Assembly (NCBI RefSeq): GCF_002803295.2
Contig: NZ_PGGB02000001.1
Span: 30,001-62,000, forward strand
DNA length: 32,000 nucleotides
Direction: 5' to 3'
From: Caedibacter taeniospiralis
GTDB lineage: Bacteria > Pseudomonadota > Gammaproteobacteria > Francisellales > Francisellaceae
Both the position numbers and the translations under genes were made by a program. Under the pieces are notes generated by a model that was given only the letters and a program-made list of their open reading frames with translations, was not told the DNA's origin and ran no database searches. How positions within the stretch are numbered: position 1 is the stretch's first letter; every line of letters begins with the position of its first letter. This document shows, piece by piece, positions 18,730-30,737 of this stretch.

Positions 18730-20172
18730 CTAAAACAACCCATAAACAGGGACAATAAGAGCTACCAACAGTGTAGGGAATAGACCAAGAAGTAGAATAA
18801 GACCTGCGTTAATGCTCAGACCAAACAGCGTCACTTTGTTGGCATAGACTGGGGTTTGGTTTTTGGGCGGATCAAAGTACATCGATTTGATTACGCGCAA
18901 ATAGTAGTAACAGGCAATCGCGGACATGACCAAAGCATAAATCGCCAGACCAATATTGTCTGTATCAACTAAGCCCATAATAACAAATAGTTTGGCGGTA
19001 AACCCTGATAATGGCGGGATTCCTGCCATCGAAAACATCACGATCAACATCAGAAAAGCAACCCATGGGTTGCGACGATTAAGACCTGCAAAATCCGCCA
19101 AATGTTCAACCTCATTACCCTTGACGCTTAACACGATCAGCACACCAAAAGCCGCAGCCGAGGTAAGCACATAGATCACGATGTAGAATAATGCGGTAGA
19201 AACAGCAAAAGCATCTGGCTTCAGCACCAGTGCCAATAGTACAAAACCAATATGGGAAATCGTTGAATAGCCCAGCATCCGTTTGACATTTTTCTGCGCT
19301 AACGCCAGTAAATTACCTAAGAAAATCGAAAGAACTGCCAGCACCGTCAATACTTTCGTCCACGCAAACACTTGAGCTGGCATGCCAATCATTAAAATAT
19401 TTACCAACATTGCAAAGGCTGCCACTTTGGGTACTGAGGCTAAAAATGCCGTCACTGCATTTGGTGATCCCTCATACACATCAGGCACCCACATATGAAA
19501 TGGTACAGCTCCTAGTTTAAAGGTGGCGGTGGCAATCATCAGCACCATTGCAATAAGCACAATTTTTGAATGCACTTCATCAGGTGTTGCTAAAAATTTA
19601 CCAATCTCTGAAAGATCCAGACTGCCTGTCACCCCATAAATAAACGACATGCCATAAAGAAGGAGACCTGACGCAATCGCCCCTAATACAAAGTACTTGA
19701 TCGCAGCTTCCGCACCTATGGCAAAGCCTCGACGAATTGCCAAAAGCGCATATAGAGGCAAAGATAAAAGCTCTAAGCCAATGTAGATGGTGAGTAGACT
19801 ATGTGCTGAAGTCAATACTATCGCGCCTAAGATAGACAACAGGGCTAACACATAAAACTCACCTTGCGGCAACTGCCTATCCTCGATGTATTCCTTACAA
19901 TATATAAAGACAAAAAATGCCACAAGAACGATAACTTCCTGCAAAACAAAGGTTAATTCATTCGATAAGGTTTGCCCTTCAAAACCGACATGGACGTGCG
20001 TGAGCAGCGATTTCAATAAGATCCAGGCAGCAATGATCAAAGAAATCTGCGTCAAGATATAGGCGATATTCTTAATTTTCTTACCCAGGAATAAATCTGC
20101 AAGCATTACAACCAATGCTGCAGCACCCAAAGTGATTTCAGGAAATATCGTTGAAATATTCATTAATATCAT
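18730..20172 (-). CDS. nuoN: NADH-quinone oxidoreductase subunit N
   Basis: NuoN-like antiporter protein; MLGYSTISHIGFVLLAL; last gene of the nuo operon. Confidence 0.95.
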   Translation of the reverse strand: MILMNISTIFPEITLGAAALVVMLADLFLGKKIKNIAYILTQISLIIAAWILLKSLLTHVHVGFEGQTLSNELTFVLQEVIVLVAFFVFIYCKEYIEDRQLPQGEFYVLALLSILGAIVLTSAHSLLTIYIGLELLSLPLYALLAIRRGFAIGAEAAIKYFVLGAIASGLLLYGMSFIYGVTGSLDLSEIGKFLATPDEVHSKIVLIAMVLMIATATFKLGAVPFHMWVPDVYEGSPNAVTAFLASVPKVAAFAMLVNILMIGMPAQVFAWTKVLTVLAVLSIFLGNLLALAQKNVKRMLGYSTISHIGFVLLALVLKPDAFAVSTALFYIVIYVLTSAAAFGVLIVLSVKGNEVEHLADFAGLNRRNPWVAFLMLIVMFSMAGIPPLSGFTAKLFVIMGLVDTDNIGLAIYALVMSAIACYYYLRVIKSMYFDPPKNQTPVYANKVTLFGLSINAGLILLLGLFPTLLVALIVPVYGLF

Positions 20173-20178
20173 TTGTCG

Positions 20179-21792
20179 TTACCCTATTGCCACGGCATGT
20201 GCCGCCTGTATGATGTGTGTTGAGGCCGCTGAAGATAATTGTAAAATTAGTTCTGGATAAACCCCAAACCAGATCGTTGGAATCGCCAATAACACTAACA
20301 CAAAAACTTCCAGTCCTGCAATGTCCTTTAAATTGGCAACCTGAGTTGTCACAATTTTACCGAAAAATACACGCTTATACATCCAAAGGGTATAGGCTGG
20401 AGCAATAATCATTGTCAGCCCGGCAATTAAGGCTACCCAAATCGAATATTTAAACACGGCTAAAATAATCAGGAACTCCCCGACAAAACCACTGGTTCCT
20501 GGTAAGCCTACATTTGCCAAGCAGAACAACATGAAAAAGCTTGCAAAGACTGGCATGGATCGTGCCACTCCTTGAAAATCCGCGATATTGCGTGTGTGCA
20601 TTCTCAGATATAAATAGCCACAACCGATAAACATACCACCCGCTGAAAACGCATGAGCTATCATCTGAAACATTGCACCCTGAATCGCAAGCTGTGCATC
20701 TGCCATTCCCAACACAGGATCTGGATTATGCTCTACCAATAAAAAAATCGAAAACATTGCCAAGGTTACCAATCCCATATGTGAGATGGATGAGTAGGCA
20801 ATCAGACGTTTAAAGTCAGTTTGGGCGATAGCAACAATGCCAACATAGACGATGGCAATAAGCGATATACCGATTAAAAACCAGTCTAACAACGCGGTAA
20901 TGCTTGGAATCAATGGCAATACAAAGCGCAGGAAACCATAAGCACCAAGTTTAAGCATCAATGCCGCAAGAACCACCGAACCCCCAGCAGGCGCTTCAGA
21001 GTGCGCATCTGGCAACCAGGAATGCAATGGCCACATCGGGATTTTCACCGCAAAGGCTAAGAAAAATGCGCCAAATAAAAGCCACTGAGCCGTTAAGGTA
21101 ACATTCACTAACTGCCCCATATTGTTGACTTGTGTCGCCCAGAAAATAAAGTTCTGAATTGAGAAAGTCCCGCTGTCAACCAAACTGCTACCAGGCAATG
21201 CCGCGACTTGCTGTTGAATATACAAAAAAGCGAGAAGCAGAAAAATTGAGCCTGAAAAAGTGTACAGGAAATATTTAATCGCCGCATAGGCTTTTTGCTT
21301 GCCTCCCCAGATACCGATACCTAAGGTTGTCGGAATCAGTAACGCTTCCCAGAAAATATAAAAGAGCATTGTATCCTGTGCCATAAATACCGCATTGGTG
21401 AGTCCTGTGGTAATCAGGAAGATCGCCATATATTGTCTTAATCTCACTGTGATACTACGCCATGCAGCAAGGATGATCACGATGTTGGTAAAACTTGTTA
21501 AGATAATGAATAAAACGGAAAAACCATCCACACCTAAGTAATAATATACGGCATCATTATTAGCAAACAAGCTAAACCAGCGCACACGTTCGACAAACTG
21601 CATGCTGGCACTGGTTGGGTCAAACCCAAGGTATAAAGGTATGCAAAGGAGCAGAGTTAAAACGGCAACGGCTAATGCGCTCCAGCGCGCAGCTTCCTTT
21701 TTGCCATCAGGAGACTTGGCAGCCAACACGATAAGACCACCAATAATCGGCACCCATATTAACAAACTCAATAAGTAGTTGGTTATAAACAT
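20179..21792 (-). CDS. nuoM: NADH-quinone oxidoreductase subunit M
   Basis: KIPMWPLHSWLPDAHSEAPAGGSVVLAALMLKLGAYGFLRF, RLIAYSSISHMGLVTLAMF. Confidence 0.97.
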   Translation of the reverse strand: MFITNYLLSLLIWVPIIGGLIVLAAKSPDGKKEAARWSALAVAVLTLLLCIPLYLGFDPTSASMQFVERVRWFSLFANNDAVYYYLGVDGFSVLFIILTSFTNIVIILAAWRSITVRLRQYMAIFLITTGLTNAVFMAQDTMLFYIFWEALLIPTTLGIGIWGGKQKAYAAIKYFLYTFSGSIFLLLAFLYIQQQVAALPGSSLVDSGTFSIQNFIFWATQVNNMGQLVNVTLTAQWLLFGAFFLAFAVKIPMWPLHSWLPDAHSEAPAGGSVVLAALMLKLGAYGFLRFVLPLIPSITALLDWFLIGISLIAIVYVGIVAIAQTDFKRLIAYSSISHMGLVTLAMFSIFLLVEHNPDPVLGMADAQLAIQGAMFQMIAHAFSAGGMFIGCGYLYLRMHTRNIADFQGVARSMPVFASFFMLFCLANVGLPGTSGFVGEFLIILAVFKYSIWVALIAGLTMIIAPAYTLWMYKRVFFGKIVTTQVANLKDIAGLEVFVLVLLAIPTIWFGVYPELILQLSSAASTHIIQAAHAVAIG

Positions 21793-21818
21793 AATATTAA
21801 TCTTCCTTTAAACCCGCC

Positions 21819-23828
21819 TCAATTCACCCAAAAGATGAGCCATGTGATCAGCGCCACCACACCAATAAGCATTACCAATGCGTAATCAAATAAATAACCG
21901 CGTTGCATGCGCGTCATCTTTCTTCCTGCAAAATAAATCAAGTCCGCACTACCTTGAACTGCGGTCTTATCAATCATAAAGATATCAACCACAATCCATA
22001 AGAACTTACTCAACAAAATGACACCCTTGACAAAAATCAAATTATAAAGCCCATCGATGAAATATTTTTTCACTAGGATGTAGTGCAGAATTCCAACGCC
22101 TGAACGCACATTAGCCAACGTTTTGGGGATGCTTGGGATAAGCACATAAAAAATATAAGCCAGAATCAATGCGCCAATTGCCAACCAAAACGGCACGGTC
22201 TGTACCGAATGCGCAATGTAATCCCATGGCGTTTTTGTTGCAGCTTCTTGTGCCAGGCTTGCAACAATCGTCATATTGCCTAAAGCAGGTTGGGAATATT
22301 GCGCAATTGTGTTACCAAAGAAACCGTTAGCATTAGCCAAATTTGGCGTTAATGCTGATTCAAAAAATAACATTCCCGCAAATATTGATGGAATCGCCAA
22401 TAGAATCAGCGGCAGCAAAATAGTCCATGGAGATTCTTTAGTATGCGTTTTCGTATGCGTATCCATTCTTGGTTGACCGTGAAAGGTCATAAAAATCATT
22501 CTAAAGATGTAGAATGAGGTCACAAAAGCACAGGCCAATACAAGATAATAGGCAAATTCATGCCCGGGCAGGGTAGTTTCTGCAACGGCTTCAATGATTA
22601 AATCCTTGGAGAAAAAACCTGAAAATGGGGGTATTGCCGCCAGTGCCCAACCACCAATAATCATACAGATATAGGTAATCGGCATGTATTTTCTTAAGCC
22701 ACCCATCTTGCGCATATCCTGTTCATGGTGGAGGGCTACGATGACTGAGCCTGCCGCCAGAAATAGAAGCGCCTTAAACATCGCGTGCGTCATTAAATGG
22801 AACATGCCAATTGAGAATCCTGACGCCCCTTGTGCCACCATCATATAACCCAATTGCGATAGGGTACAATAAGCGATCACACGTTTAATATCCATCTGGA
22901 CAATCGCGACAAGCCCCATAAACAAACAGGTGATCGCCCCAATAATCATCACAAAACTAAGTGCTGCTGCTGAATGCACAAACATCGGAGATAAGCGCGC
23001 CACCATAAACACCCCAGCAGTTACCATGGTCGCCGCGTGAATCAAGGCGGATATGGGAGTTGGACCTTCCATTGAACCTTCTAGCCAGGTATGTAATGGA
23101 AACTGTGCCGATTTACCCATCGCCCCAATAAACAATAAGACACACATCAAGGTAATCGGACTAAACTCCATACCTAAAAAGGAGATCATCCGAGTGTTAT
23201 CCAGATTAGTCACCTCTGTAAATACAGTACTGTAATCCATCGAATTGCAATAATAAATTACCGCGGCAATACCCAACAAAAATCCAAGATCACCAACGCG
23301 ATTCACAATAAAAGCACGTAAACTCGCCTCATTGGCAGAATCTTTGTCAAAGTAAAACCCGATCAATAAATAGGAAAAAAGTCCAACGCCCTCCCAGCCA
23401 AAGAATAACAATAGGAAGTTATTGCCCATAATGAGGCATAGCATCGCAAAAGTAAAGCCAGAAATATAGGCAAAAAAGCGCGCATAACCTGCCTCACCCT
23501 TCATGTATCCAATGGAATAGATATGCACAAGAGCCGATACAAAGGTCACGATCAACATCATAAATACAGACAACTTATCAACGGTGAAGCTCACTTTCAT
23601 ACCTAAGCTTGGGAATAATGCCCAGTTAAAGTAAGTCGCCGTATAAACTTCATTATTCAGATATACGCCTAGTGCCAATACCAGACTTAATACGAAGGAT
23701 AAAATGACAAGACCTGTGGTAATACAACTAACACCTGTCAATTGCACTTTTTTCGAGAAAAATCCCGCTACAATCGAGCCAAGGGCAGGAGCTAGGATAA
23801 GCATCGCAATAATAAAATCAATTCCCAT
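21819..23828 (-). CDS. nuoL: NADH-quinone oxidoreductase subunit L
   Basis: GWEGVGLFSYLLIGFYF, KSAQFPLHTWLEGSMEGPTPISALIHAATMVTAGVFMVAR. Confidence 0.97.
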   Translation of the reverse strand: MGIDFIIAMLILAPALGSIVAGFFSKKVQLTGVSCITTGLVILSFVLSLVLALGVYLNNEVYTATYFNWALFPSLGMKVSFTVDKLSVFMMLIVTFVSALVHIYSIGYMKGEAGYARFFAYISGFTFAMLCLIMGNNFLLLFFGWEGVGLFSYLLIGFYFDKDSANEASLRAFIVNRVGDLGFLLGIAAVIYYCNSMDYSTVFTEVTNLDNTRMISFLGMEFSPITLMCVLLFIGAMGKSAQFPLHTWLEGSMEGPTPISALIHAATMVTAGVFMVARLSPMFVHSAAALSFVMIIGAITCLFMGLVAIVQMDIKRVIAYCTLSQLGYMMVAQGASGFSIGMFHLMTHAMFKALLFLAAGSVIVALHHEQDMRKMGGLRKYMPITYICMIIGGWALAAIPPFSGFFSKDLIIEAVAETTLPGHEFAYYLVLACAFVTSFYIFRMIFMTFHGQPRMDTHTKTHTKESPWTILLPLILLAIPSIFAGMLFFESALTPNLANANGFFGNTIAQYSQPALGNMTIVASLAQEAATKTPWDYIAHSVQTVPFWLAIGALILAYIFYVLIPSIPKTLANVRSGVGILHYILVKKYFIDGLYNLIFVKGVILLSKFLWIVVDIFMIDKTAVQGSADLIYFAGRKMTRMQRGYLFDYALVMLIGVVALITWLIFWVN

Positions 23829-23832
23829 CGTC

Positions 23833-24150
23833 TTAGCCTTTTAGTGTATTAAGTTGACTGACATCGATTGTTTTACGTGTCCTAAAAAGTACGACAACAA
23901 TCGCAAGCCCTATTGCCGCTTCAGCCGCAGCTACTGTTAAAATAAAGAACACAAATACATCGCCTGTGCTTTGCGCAAGCATACTCGAAAAGGCGATAAA
24001 GTTAGTATTAACTGCAAGTAGCATGAGTTCAATGGACATCAGTAAAATCAGCAAGTTACGACGATTAATGATAATACCAGCAATGCTCAATGAAAAAATA
24101 ATCGCACTGAAAATTAAATAATGAGTAACAGGTATGGGAATACTAGTCAT
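23833..24150 (-). CDS. nuoK: NADH-quinone oxidoreductase subunit K
   Basis: [49 protein letters not shown]. Confidence 0.97.
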   Translation of the reverse strand: MTSIPIPVTHYLIFSAIIFSLSIAGIIINRRNLLILLMSIELMLLAVNTNFIAFSSMLAQSTGDVFVFFILTVAAAEAAIGLAIVVVLFRTRKTIDVSQLNTLKG

Positions 24151-24773
24151 TTAGGCTCTCCCTGATCAGATTTCTGTTGTGCTTCTTTTGCGCTTTTTTC
24201 TACTTTCATTTTAACCATGCTCAAGCGATCTTTGGCTTGCGTTTTAATCTGTACGCTTGGATTAATCGATTTATTGCCTGGCTTTTTACCACGAAAGGTC
24301 AGCGTGATTGCTGCCACCATTGCTGCCAACAGAATCATGCCCGCAAGCTCAAAGGCATAAAGATATTTATTTGAAAACATCTCAGCTCCCAGACTCTCAA
24401 CTGTGCCTAAGCCTCCTGTCATCGTTTTATCTGCAAACGTATGACTCACAACGATTGAAATCAATAATGCAAGGCAAGCACACAGTAAAATGACGATCGG
24501 CCAGTAAAGCACCCATTTTTTCTGTTTGATGACAATATTGATATCCAGCATCATCACCACAAACAGGAACATCACCAATACCGCACCGACATAAACCACG
24601 ATCAAAAGTAGTGCCAGGTACTCCTGTTGCATCGTCAGCCATACGCCCGCGGCTGCAAAGAAAGTAAAAACTTTCGCGATAACGGCGCGCACTGGATTTT
24701 TGGCACTGATGACCAACAGCGCCCCTAAAACAGTCAGCCCTGCAAATACATAAAAGATAATATTAACACTCAT
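24147..24773 (-). CDS. nuoJ: NADH-quinone oxidoreductase subunit J
   Basis: [20 protein letters not shown] and operon position. Confidence 0.95.
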   Translation of the reverse strand: MSVNIIFYVFAGLTVLGALLVISAKNPVRAVIAKVFTFFAAAGVWLTMQQEYLALLLIVVYVGAVLVMFLFVVMMLDINIVIKQKKWVLYWPIVILLCACLALLISIVVSHTFADKTMTGGLGTVESLGAEMFSNKYLYAFELAGMILLAAMVAAITLTFRGKKPGNKSINPSVQIKTQAKDRLSMVKMKVEKSAKEAQQKSDQGEPK

Positions 24774-24779
24774 CTGTTC

Positions 24780-25271
24780 CTACCTAAATGCCTTATCTGC
24801 TTCACGATCCTGGGCAATTTCTTTTTCATATTTATCCCCTATTGCCAGGAGTTTTGCCTTGGTCAAAATATTTTCACCACGATTTTCAAAATGATATTCA
24901 AACACGCGTGTCTCAACGATCGAATCCACAGGACATGACTCCTCACAAAAGCCACAAAAGATGCACTTAAACAAATCAATTTCATATTTTGTTGTGCGCC
25001 TTGAGCCATCTTCGCGTGGTTCAGCTTCAATGGTAATTGCGAGCGCGGGGCACACCACCTCACACAATTTGCAGGCAATGCAGCGCTCCTCACCATTTTC
25101 ATAGCGTCTTAAAGCATGCAGACCGCGAAACCTGCCTGATTGCGGGGTCTTCTCATCTGGATATTGTACCGTTACTTTACGGGTAAAAAAGTGCTTCCCC
25201 GTAATCTTAAGACCCTTTAGCAGCTCCCATAGCAAAAAGGTCTGACAATAGCGTTTGATCGCTTTAAACAT
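24780..25271 (-). CDS. nuoI: NADH-quinone oxidoreductase subunit I
   Basis: Two 4Fe-4S motifs [12 protein letters not shown] and [12 protein letters not shown]. Start at MFKAIKRY. Confidence 0.97.
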   Translation of the reverse strand: MFKAIKRYCQTFLLWELLKGLKITGKHFFTRKVTVQYPDEKTPQSGRFRGLHALRRYENGEERCIACKLCEVVCPALAITIEAEPREDGSRRTTKYEIDLFKCIFCGFCEESCPVDSIVETRVFEYHFENRGENILTKAKLLAIGDKYEKEIAQDREADKAFR

Positions 25272-25282
25272 TAATAAATCTC

Positions 25283-26296
25283 CTACCACCAAGGACCTAA
25301 GCCAAGTTTAACCATGAAAGCCACAAAAATAACCCATACTAATGTCACTGGAATAAATATTTTCCAGCCCAAACGCATTAACTGATCGTAACGGTATCTT
25401 GGGAAAGTAGCGCGAATCCACAAATACATAAACATGAAGATACCCGTCTTTAAAAACAGCCAAATCATTCCAGGGACAAAACTAAAGAATTGATCTAATA
25501 CGGGGATGCCATCAAATGGAGACATCCAGCCACCTAAGAAAAACACGGCTGTTAATAGACTGATCAAGATCATATTGGCATATTCCGCCAAAAAGAATAA
25601 AGCAAAGCGCGCACCTGAATACTCAACATGGTGTCCTGCGATAATCTCAGACTCGCCTTCAATCACATCAAAGGGCGCGCGTCCAGTTTCTGCAACACCC
25701 GCGATAAAATAAATAATAAACAGAGGGAATAATGGGATAAAGTACCAGTGCCAGATACCGCCTTGTTGCGTTTCAATAATTGTACTGAGATTAAGTGAGC
25801 CTGCGGCAATCAACACCCCAATAATCGCAAACCCCATCGCTAACTCATATGACACCACCTGAGCTGCTGCGCGCAACGCGCCAAACATTGCATACTTAGA
25901 GTTTGACGCCCAACCGGCAATAATCACCCCGTAAACAGCAATGGACGTCATAGCCAAAATATACAAAACACCTGCGTTTATATCAGCAAGTGCCAGTCCC
26001 TTTCCAAATGGGACTACTGCCCAGGCGGCATAAGCAGGCGCAAATGCCAGCATTGGTGCAATAAAAAATAAGTAACGGTTTGACTTCGTAGGGACGATGA
26101 TTTCTTTTAGGAGCAGTTTCACCGCATCAACAATCGGTTGCAAAAGACCAAACGAGCCCACGCGATTCGGACCCACTCTATCCTGCATATAGCCAATGAC
26201 TTTACGCTCCGCATAGGTATAGTACGCTACGACTAGAATCAAAGGAACGACAATCAACAAGACCTTAAGGACAATCCATATAATATCTAAAATCAT
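25283..26296 (-). CDS. nuoH: NADH-quinone oxidoreductase subunit H
   Basis: [53 protein letters not shown]. Confidence 0.97.
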   Translation of the reverse strand: MILDIIWIVLKVLLIVVPLILVVAYYTYAERKVIGYMQDRVGPNRVGSFGLLQPIVDAVKLLLKEIIVPTKSNRYLFFIAPMLAFAPAYAAWAVVPFGKGLALADINAGVLYILAMTSIAVYGVIIAGWASNSKYAMFGALRAAAQVVSYELAMGFAIIGVLIAAGSLNLSTIIETQQGGIWHWYFIPLFPLFIIYFIAGVAETGRAPFDVIEGESEIIAGHHVEYSGARFALFFLAEYANMILISLLTAVFFLGGWMSPFDGIPVLDQFFSFVPGMIWLFLKTGIFMFMYLWIRATFPRYRYDQLMRLGWKIFIPVTLVWVIFVAFMVKLGLGPWW

Positions 26297-28704
26297 GCGC
26301 TCACCACCTCTGTTTTAACTGGCGTGATTGTAACATTTGCCCACTTAGTGCGACAAGGAGACATAAGTTGAAATGGCACAATAATCGTATTTGCCGCTAA
26401 ACCTTCCTCAATGAGGACACCAAGCTCAACCGATTCACCATCTATCGACACTATGGCTCTCGTCGATGATTGCAGTGACTTTTGCTGTGCAAACTTCGTT
26501 GAGATCCGCAAAGCTCGATAATAAGCAGCATCTTTGGTTGTTTGTAACGGCTTCCCACGCCTTAAGGTATCAAAGGTGCTATACATAGAAATGGCAGGTA
26601 GCACCGTATAGCCCTCCTGAAGCTCTGGCAAAGCATTGCTTAGTAAGTTATCAGGGTTAATTTGGGGCATGACTTTTTCAATTGCGGCATATTCCTGATA
26701 AATCTCATCAAGCGATTGATAGCTAAAGCCATCAAGTGCCAGCAAGTTTGCTAATACACGCAATACTTTCCATAATGGCTTACTTGCTTCATAGGGTGGA
26801 ATAACCGCCTTAAAGCGTTGTGTTTGTCCCACAATATTAATAAATGAGCCATCTTCTTCAAAGTGTGTGCAAATGGGCAATATGATATCGGCATATTCGC
26901 GCATCGCATCGGTTGCGTAAGCAGAAAATACCGCAACAATGTCAATCGCCTTGAGTGCTTCCAGCGTTTTCCGTCCATCGATATAATCCAACTCGGGTTC
27001 AATCCCGAAAGTTAATAGCAGTTTTGTGTTGGCACTTAAAATTGACGAAGCAGACATTCCTGATTGCAGATTTTCAAGACCTCCAGGCAAATACTCTGAA
27101 GCTGCTCCAGTCAGTAGAGCACCCCTGGCATTGGCACCAAAGCTAAGCACCCCACCTTTTGCATGAAGCAGTTGTTTTAATTCGCTAAATAACGCACAAA
27201 TTCCGGCAAAATCTTTATTCAAAATCGCATCAAATCCCAAAATAAGTACAGGATTTTCTCTGGAAATCAACTCTGCTGCCAACGCCTCAATCTCAGGCAA
27301 GCTTTCCACGCTATCGATCACTTTCTTAACTTGTGTCGATTGAATAGGCGTGGCAATTTTTTGAGATACCGCCTTTACCAGGTTTGCCAGCGCATAAATA
27401 AGCTCATTCGCTTCGATTTGCATCGTTTCAACATCATAGTTGAAATCATAGTACTGACTATTTAACGCAAATACCCTGGAACCCTTTTTGAACGCCGTAT
27501 GAACGCGATGATTAATCAAGGGAATCTCTTTACGCAGGTAGCTGCCAACGAGTAAGACCGCATCAGCATTTTCAATTTCATCCAGGAGGCAATCAAAACC
27601 AACTCCAGTATGCAGTGAAGTTTTATGCGCCCCTTGTTTTAAGCGCGTATCAATATTATTTGAACCAATTTGGCGTATCAGTTTTTGCAGTAAGTAAAGC
27701 GATTCTGTCGTTGCCGACTCAGAGGCAAGGGCTGCAATGCTATTTACCCCATCCTGTGCCTTGGTCTCTTCAATCGCGACTTTAATAAAATCTAGGGCTT
27801 CTTCCCAAGACACTTCAACCCAACGATCATTCTTCTTGATCATGGGCTCAGTTAGGCGATCCTCACTATAAACGCCGGTATAATAAAAACGGTCTTTATC
27901 GGCAAGCCATGTCTCATTAACTGCTTCATTTTCTTTGGGCACAACGCGCATCAGCTGGTTACGTCTGACATGCGCATAGATATTTGCCCCCACCGCATCA
28001 GCCGCTGAAATCGTTGGATATTGCTGCAACTCCCAGGCACGAGCCTGGAATCTAAAGGGCTTCGAGGTCAGAGCCCCAACGGGACACAGATCAATAATAT
28101 TACCTGAAAGCTCTGAATTAACGGTTTTTGCCACATAGGTGCTAATTTGGGTGTGGTCTCCGCGCCCCATGGCGCCAAGCTCCTTATCGCCACTGATTTC
28201 TTCACCAAAGCGGACACAACGCGTGCACTGAATACAGCGCGTCATGTCAGTGGCAATCAATGAACCTAAACTTGGATCATCAAATACGCGCTTTGTTTCG
28301 TGGTACTTGGAAACGTCATCTCCATAACCTATTGCAATATCTTGCAACTCGCACTCGCCACCTTGATCGCAAATAGGACAATCCAGTGGGTGATTAATGA
28401 GTAAGAATTCCATAACTTTCTTTTGATAAGAAATAGTTGTTGGTGATTTGGTAAAGACCTTCATGCCATCCATAATGGGGGTGGCACACGCAGGAGACGG
28501 TTTTCTTGCCCCTTCGACTTCAACCAGGCACATTCTGCAATTGGCTGCCACTGAGAGTTTTTTATGATAACAAAAGCGGGGAATATAAATGCCATGCCTA
28601 TCCGCCACCTCAATGATCATCTCACCAGGACTCACCGCATATGACTGCCCATTGATTTCAATACTCAATTGTTTCGTTACTTGTTTTTCTGACACGGGAG
28701 TCAC
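26293..28704 (-). CDS. nuoG: NADH-quinone oxidoreductase subunit G
   Basis: N-terminal 2Fe-2S domain ([23 protein letters not shown]), [30 protein letters not shown], molybdopterin oxidoreductase fold. Confidence 0.96.
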   Translation of the reverse strand: MTPVSEKQVTKQLSIEINGQSYAVSPGEMIIEVADRHGIYIPRFCYHKKLSVAANCRMCLVEVEGARKPSPACATPIMDGMKVFTKSPTTISYQKKVMEFLLINHPLDCPICDQGGECELQDIAIGYGDDVSKYHETKRVFDDPSLGSLIATDMTRCIQCTRCVRFGEEISGDKELGAMGRGDHTQISTYVAKTVNSELSGNIIDLCPVGALTSKPFRFQARAWELQQYPTISAADAVGANIYAHVRRNQLMRVVPKENEAVNETWLADKDRFYYTGVYSEDRLTEPMIKKNDRWVEVSWEEALDFIKVAIEETKAQDGVNSIAALASESATTESLYLLQKLIRQIGSNNIDTRLKQGAHKTSLHTGVGFDCLLDEIENADAVLLVGSYLRKEIPLINHRVHTAFKKGSRVFALNSQYYDFNYDVETMQIEANELIYALANLVKAVSQKIATPIQSTQVKKVIDSVESLPEIEALAAELISRENPVLILGFDAILNKDFAGICALFSELKQLLHAKGGVLSFGANARGALLTGAASEYLPGGLENLQSGMSASSILSANTKLLLTFGIEPELDYIDGRKTLEALKAIDIVAVFSAYATDAMREYADIILPICTHFEEDGSFINIVGQTQRFKAVIPPYEASKPLWKVLRVLANLLALDGFSYQSLDEIYQEYAAIEKVMPQINPDNLLSNALPELQEGYTVLPAISMYSTFDTLRRGKPLQTTKDAAYYRALRISTKFAQQKSLQSSTRAIVSIDGESVELGVLIEEGLAANTIIVPFQLMSPCRTKWANVTITPVKTEVVSA

Positions 28705-28789
28705 CCTTTATCAATTATGTTTGTTCAATTTACCTGCGGTGACCATATTTCCGCCCACTCTATGGTGCTGAGCACCGATGCGCTTTAAA

Positions 28790-28935
28790 AAACACCCCGC
28801 CTTGCAAGCCTGACCACTTTAGAGTGGTCAGGCAAGCTCGGCACCCCTCTTGAAAAGAGGGGAATATCCACCGAAGCTACCGCCTAATTCCCCTCTTTTC
28901 AAGAGGGGTGGCAGCCGCAGGCTGACGGGGTGTTT
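28790..28935. mobile_element. MITE-like structured intergenic element between nuoF and nuoG
   Basis: Terminal inverted repeats AAACACCCCG (28790-28799) / CGGGGTGTTT (28926-28935); three internal perfect hairpins (28808-28833, 28844-28862, 28890-28908). Confidence 0.65.
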
Positions 28936-28958
28936 AAAATTACTAGAACTCTACTATC

Positions 28959-30227
28959 TTAAACACCAACGGTATGCTTATCTGCAATCATACGTTCAAA
29001 CTCATGTCTGAACTTTTTAATATAACTTTGCACAGGCCATGCCGCGGCATCCCCCAAACCACAAATCGTATTTCCTTCAATATTCGAGGCGACACGCGTG
29101 AGATTATCGATATCCTTGAGATTACCTTCACCATGCAAAATACGATCCAGAGTTCTTGCCAACCATCCAGTACCCTCTCTGCAAGGTGTGCACTGTCCAC
29201 AGGATTCTTCATAATAAAATTCAGCCAGGCGTGCCAACAGTTCAACCATGCACGTGTCTTCGTCTAAGACAACAACCGCACCTGAACCAAGCATTGATCC
29301 TGCCTGCCCAATCGCTTCATAGTCCATGGTGAGATTCATCATCTCATCTCCCGTGAGAATTTTACATGAACTGCCACCTGGAATCACCGCCTTGATTTTT
29401 TTGCCACCACGCACGCCTCCTGCCATCGCTAGTAAATCCTTAAACGGCGTGCCTAAACCAATTTCAAACACCCCAGGAGAATTCACATGTCCTGAGACGC
29501 AGAACAATTTAGTTCCACCACTTTTCTCGGTACCCAGTTTCTGAAACCACTCACCGCCACGCTCTAAAATCGGCGGCACAGAAGCGTAAGTTTCAGTGTT
29601 ATTAATATTGGTGGGGCAATCATATAAGCCCTTACTTGCAGGAAAAGGGGGTTTAAATCTTGGCAATCCTTTTTTCCCTTCCAATGAGTTGAGTAATGCT
29701 GTTTCCTCACCACAAATATAAGCACCAGCTCCAATCGAGCAGTATAAGTTGAAATCAACCCCTGAACTACGCAAATTAAAACCAATGAGTCCCATGGCGC
29801 GCGCCTCATTGAGTGCTGCTTCAAAGCGTGCTATCGGCTCATAAAACTCGCCGCGAATATAGTTGTAACCTACTGTTGAGCCCGTCACATAGCCCGCAAT
29901 CGCCATGCCTTCAATGAGTTGATGTGGGTTGTTACGTAGAATCTCACGATCCTTGCAAGTCCCTGGCTCCCCCTCATCGGAATTACACACGACATATTTT
30001 TGTCCAGGAACATTTCGTGGCATAAAGCTCCACTTAAGCCCTGTCGGAAATCCCGCTCCCCCGCGCCCACGAAGACCCGATTTTTTTAGTTCCGCAATAA
30101 TGACTTCAGGCGGAATTTTCTCATCTAAAATTTTTTTCCAATACGAGTATCCACCAACAGATTCATAGGACTTTAGCGACCATGGTCGTTCAAGATGCAA
30201 GGTTCTAAAACAAACTTCATTCGCCAT
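28959..30227 (-). CDS. nuoF: NADH-quinone oxidoreductase subunit F
   Basis: [47 protein letters not shown]. Confidence 0.97.
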   Translation of the reverse strand: MANEVCFRTLHLERPWSLKSYESVGGYSYWKKILDEKIPPEVIIAELKKSGLRGRGGAGFPTGLKWSFMPRNVPGQKYVVCNSDEGEPGTCKDREILRNNPHQLIEGMAIAGYVTGSTVGYNYIRGEFYEPIARFEAALNEARAMGLIGFNLRSSGVDFNLYCSIGAGAYICGEETALLNSLEGKKGLPRFKPPFPASKGLYDCPTNINNTETYASVPPILERGGEWFQKLGTEKSGGTKLFCVSGHVNSPGVFEIGLGTPFKDLLAMAGGVRGGKKIKAVIPGGSSCKILTGDEMMNLTMDYEAIGQAGSMLGSGAVVVLDEDTCMVELLARLAEFYYEESCGQCTPCREGTGWLARTLDRILHGEGNLKDIDNLTRVASNIEGNTICGLGDAAAWPVQSYIKKFRHEFERMIADKHTVGV

Positions 30228-30230
30228 CTA

Positions 30231-30728
30231 TTACTCCAAAGAATCAATAATTTGGTCAACTTTTGCAATGCTTAGATTTTCATAAAAAACCTTATCCACT
30301 TCGAGCATCGGCGCGCCACAACACGCTCCTTGGCATTCAACCGATCTTAAGGTAATGCGACCATCAGCCGTTGTTTCGCCCGCTTTAATCCGAAGTCGAT
30401 TCTCGATGTGAGTCATGATTTTCTTAGCACCGTTTAACATACACGATAAATTTGTACACACGTTAAGCTTATGCCTGCCAACCTCATGCAAATCATACAT
30501 GCTATAAAAAGTTGCCACCTCATAAACCGAAGCTTGCGGCACTTCTAAATACTGCGCGAGCTTTTCCATCAACTCTTCGCTCAAATACCCATTATTATAA
30601 TCTTGCAATACATGCAAGCCTGGAATAATAACTGACCTCTTCTGGTTGACTGGGTAGCGCTTTTCCCAGTTCTCCAGGAGTTCTGTGATATGCGCGGGGA
30701 AAATTTCTTTTTTATTTAACATAGACAA
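30231..30728 (-). CDS. nuoE: NADH-quinone oxidoreductase subunit E
   Basis: ATFYSMYDLHEVGRHKLNVCTNLSCML, ECQGACCGAPMLEVD. Confidence 0.96.
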   Translation of the reverse strand: MSMLNKKEIFPAHITELLENWEKRYPVNQKRSVIIPGLHVLQDYNNGYLSEELMEKLAQYLEVPQASVYEVATFYSMYDLHEVGRHKLNVCTNLSCMLNGAKKIMTHIENRLRIKAGETTADGRITLRSVECQGACCGAPMLEVDKVFYENLSIAKVDQIIDSLE

Positions 30729-30737
30729 ACCCTAAAC

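Noticed and set aside
18065-18783. Series of 60-81 aa ORFs on both strands
   Set aside because: They overlap one another and the hairpins/intron-like sequence, with no domain evidence; treated as non-coding repeat region.
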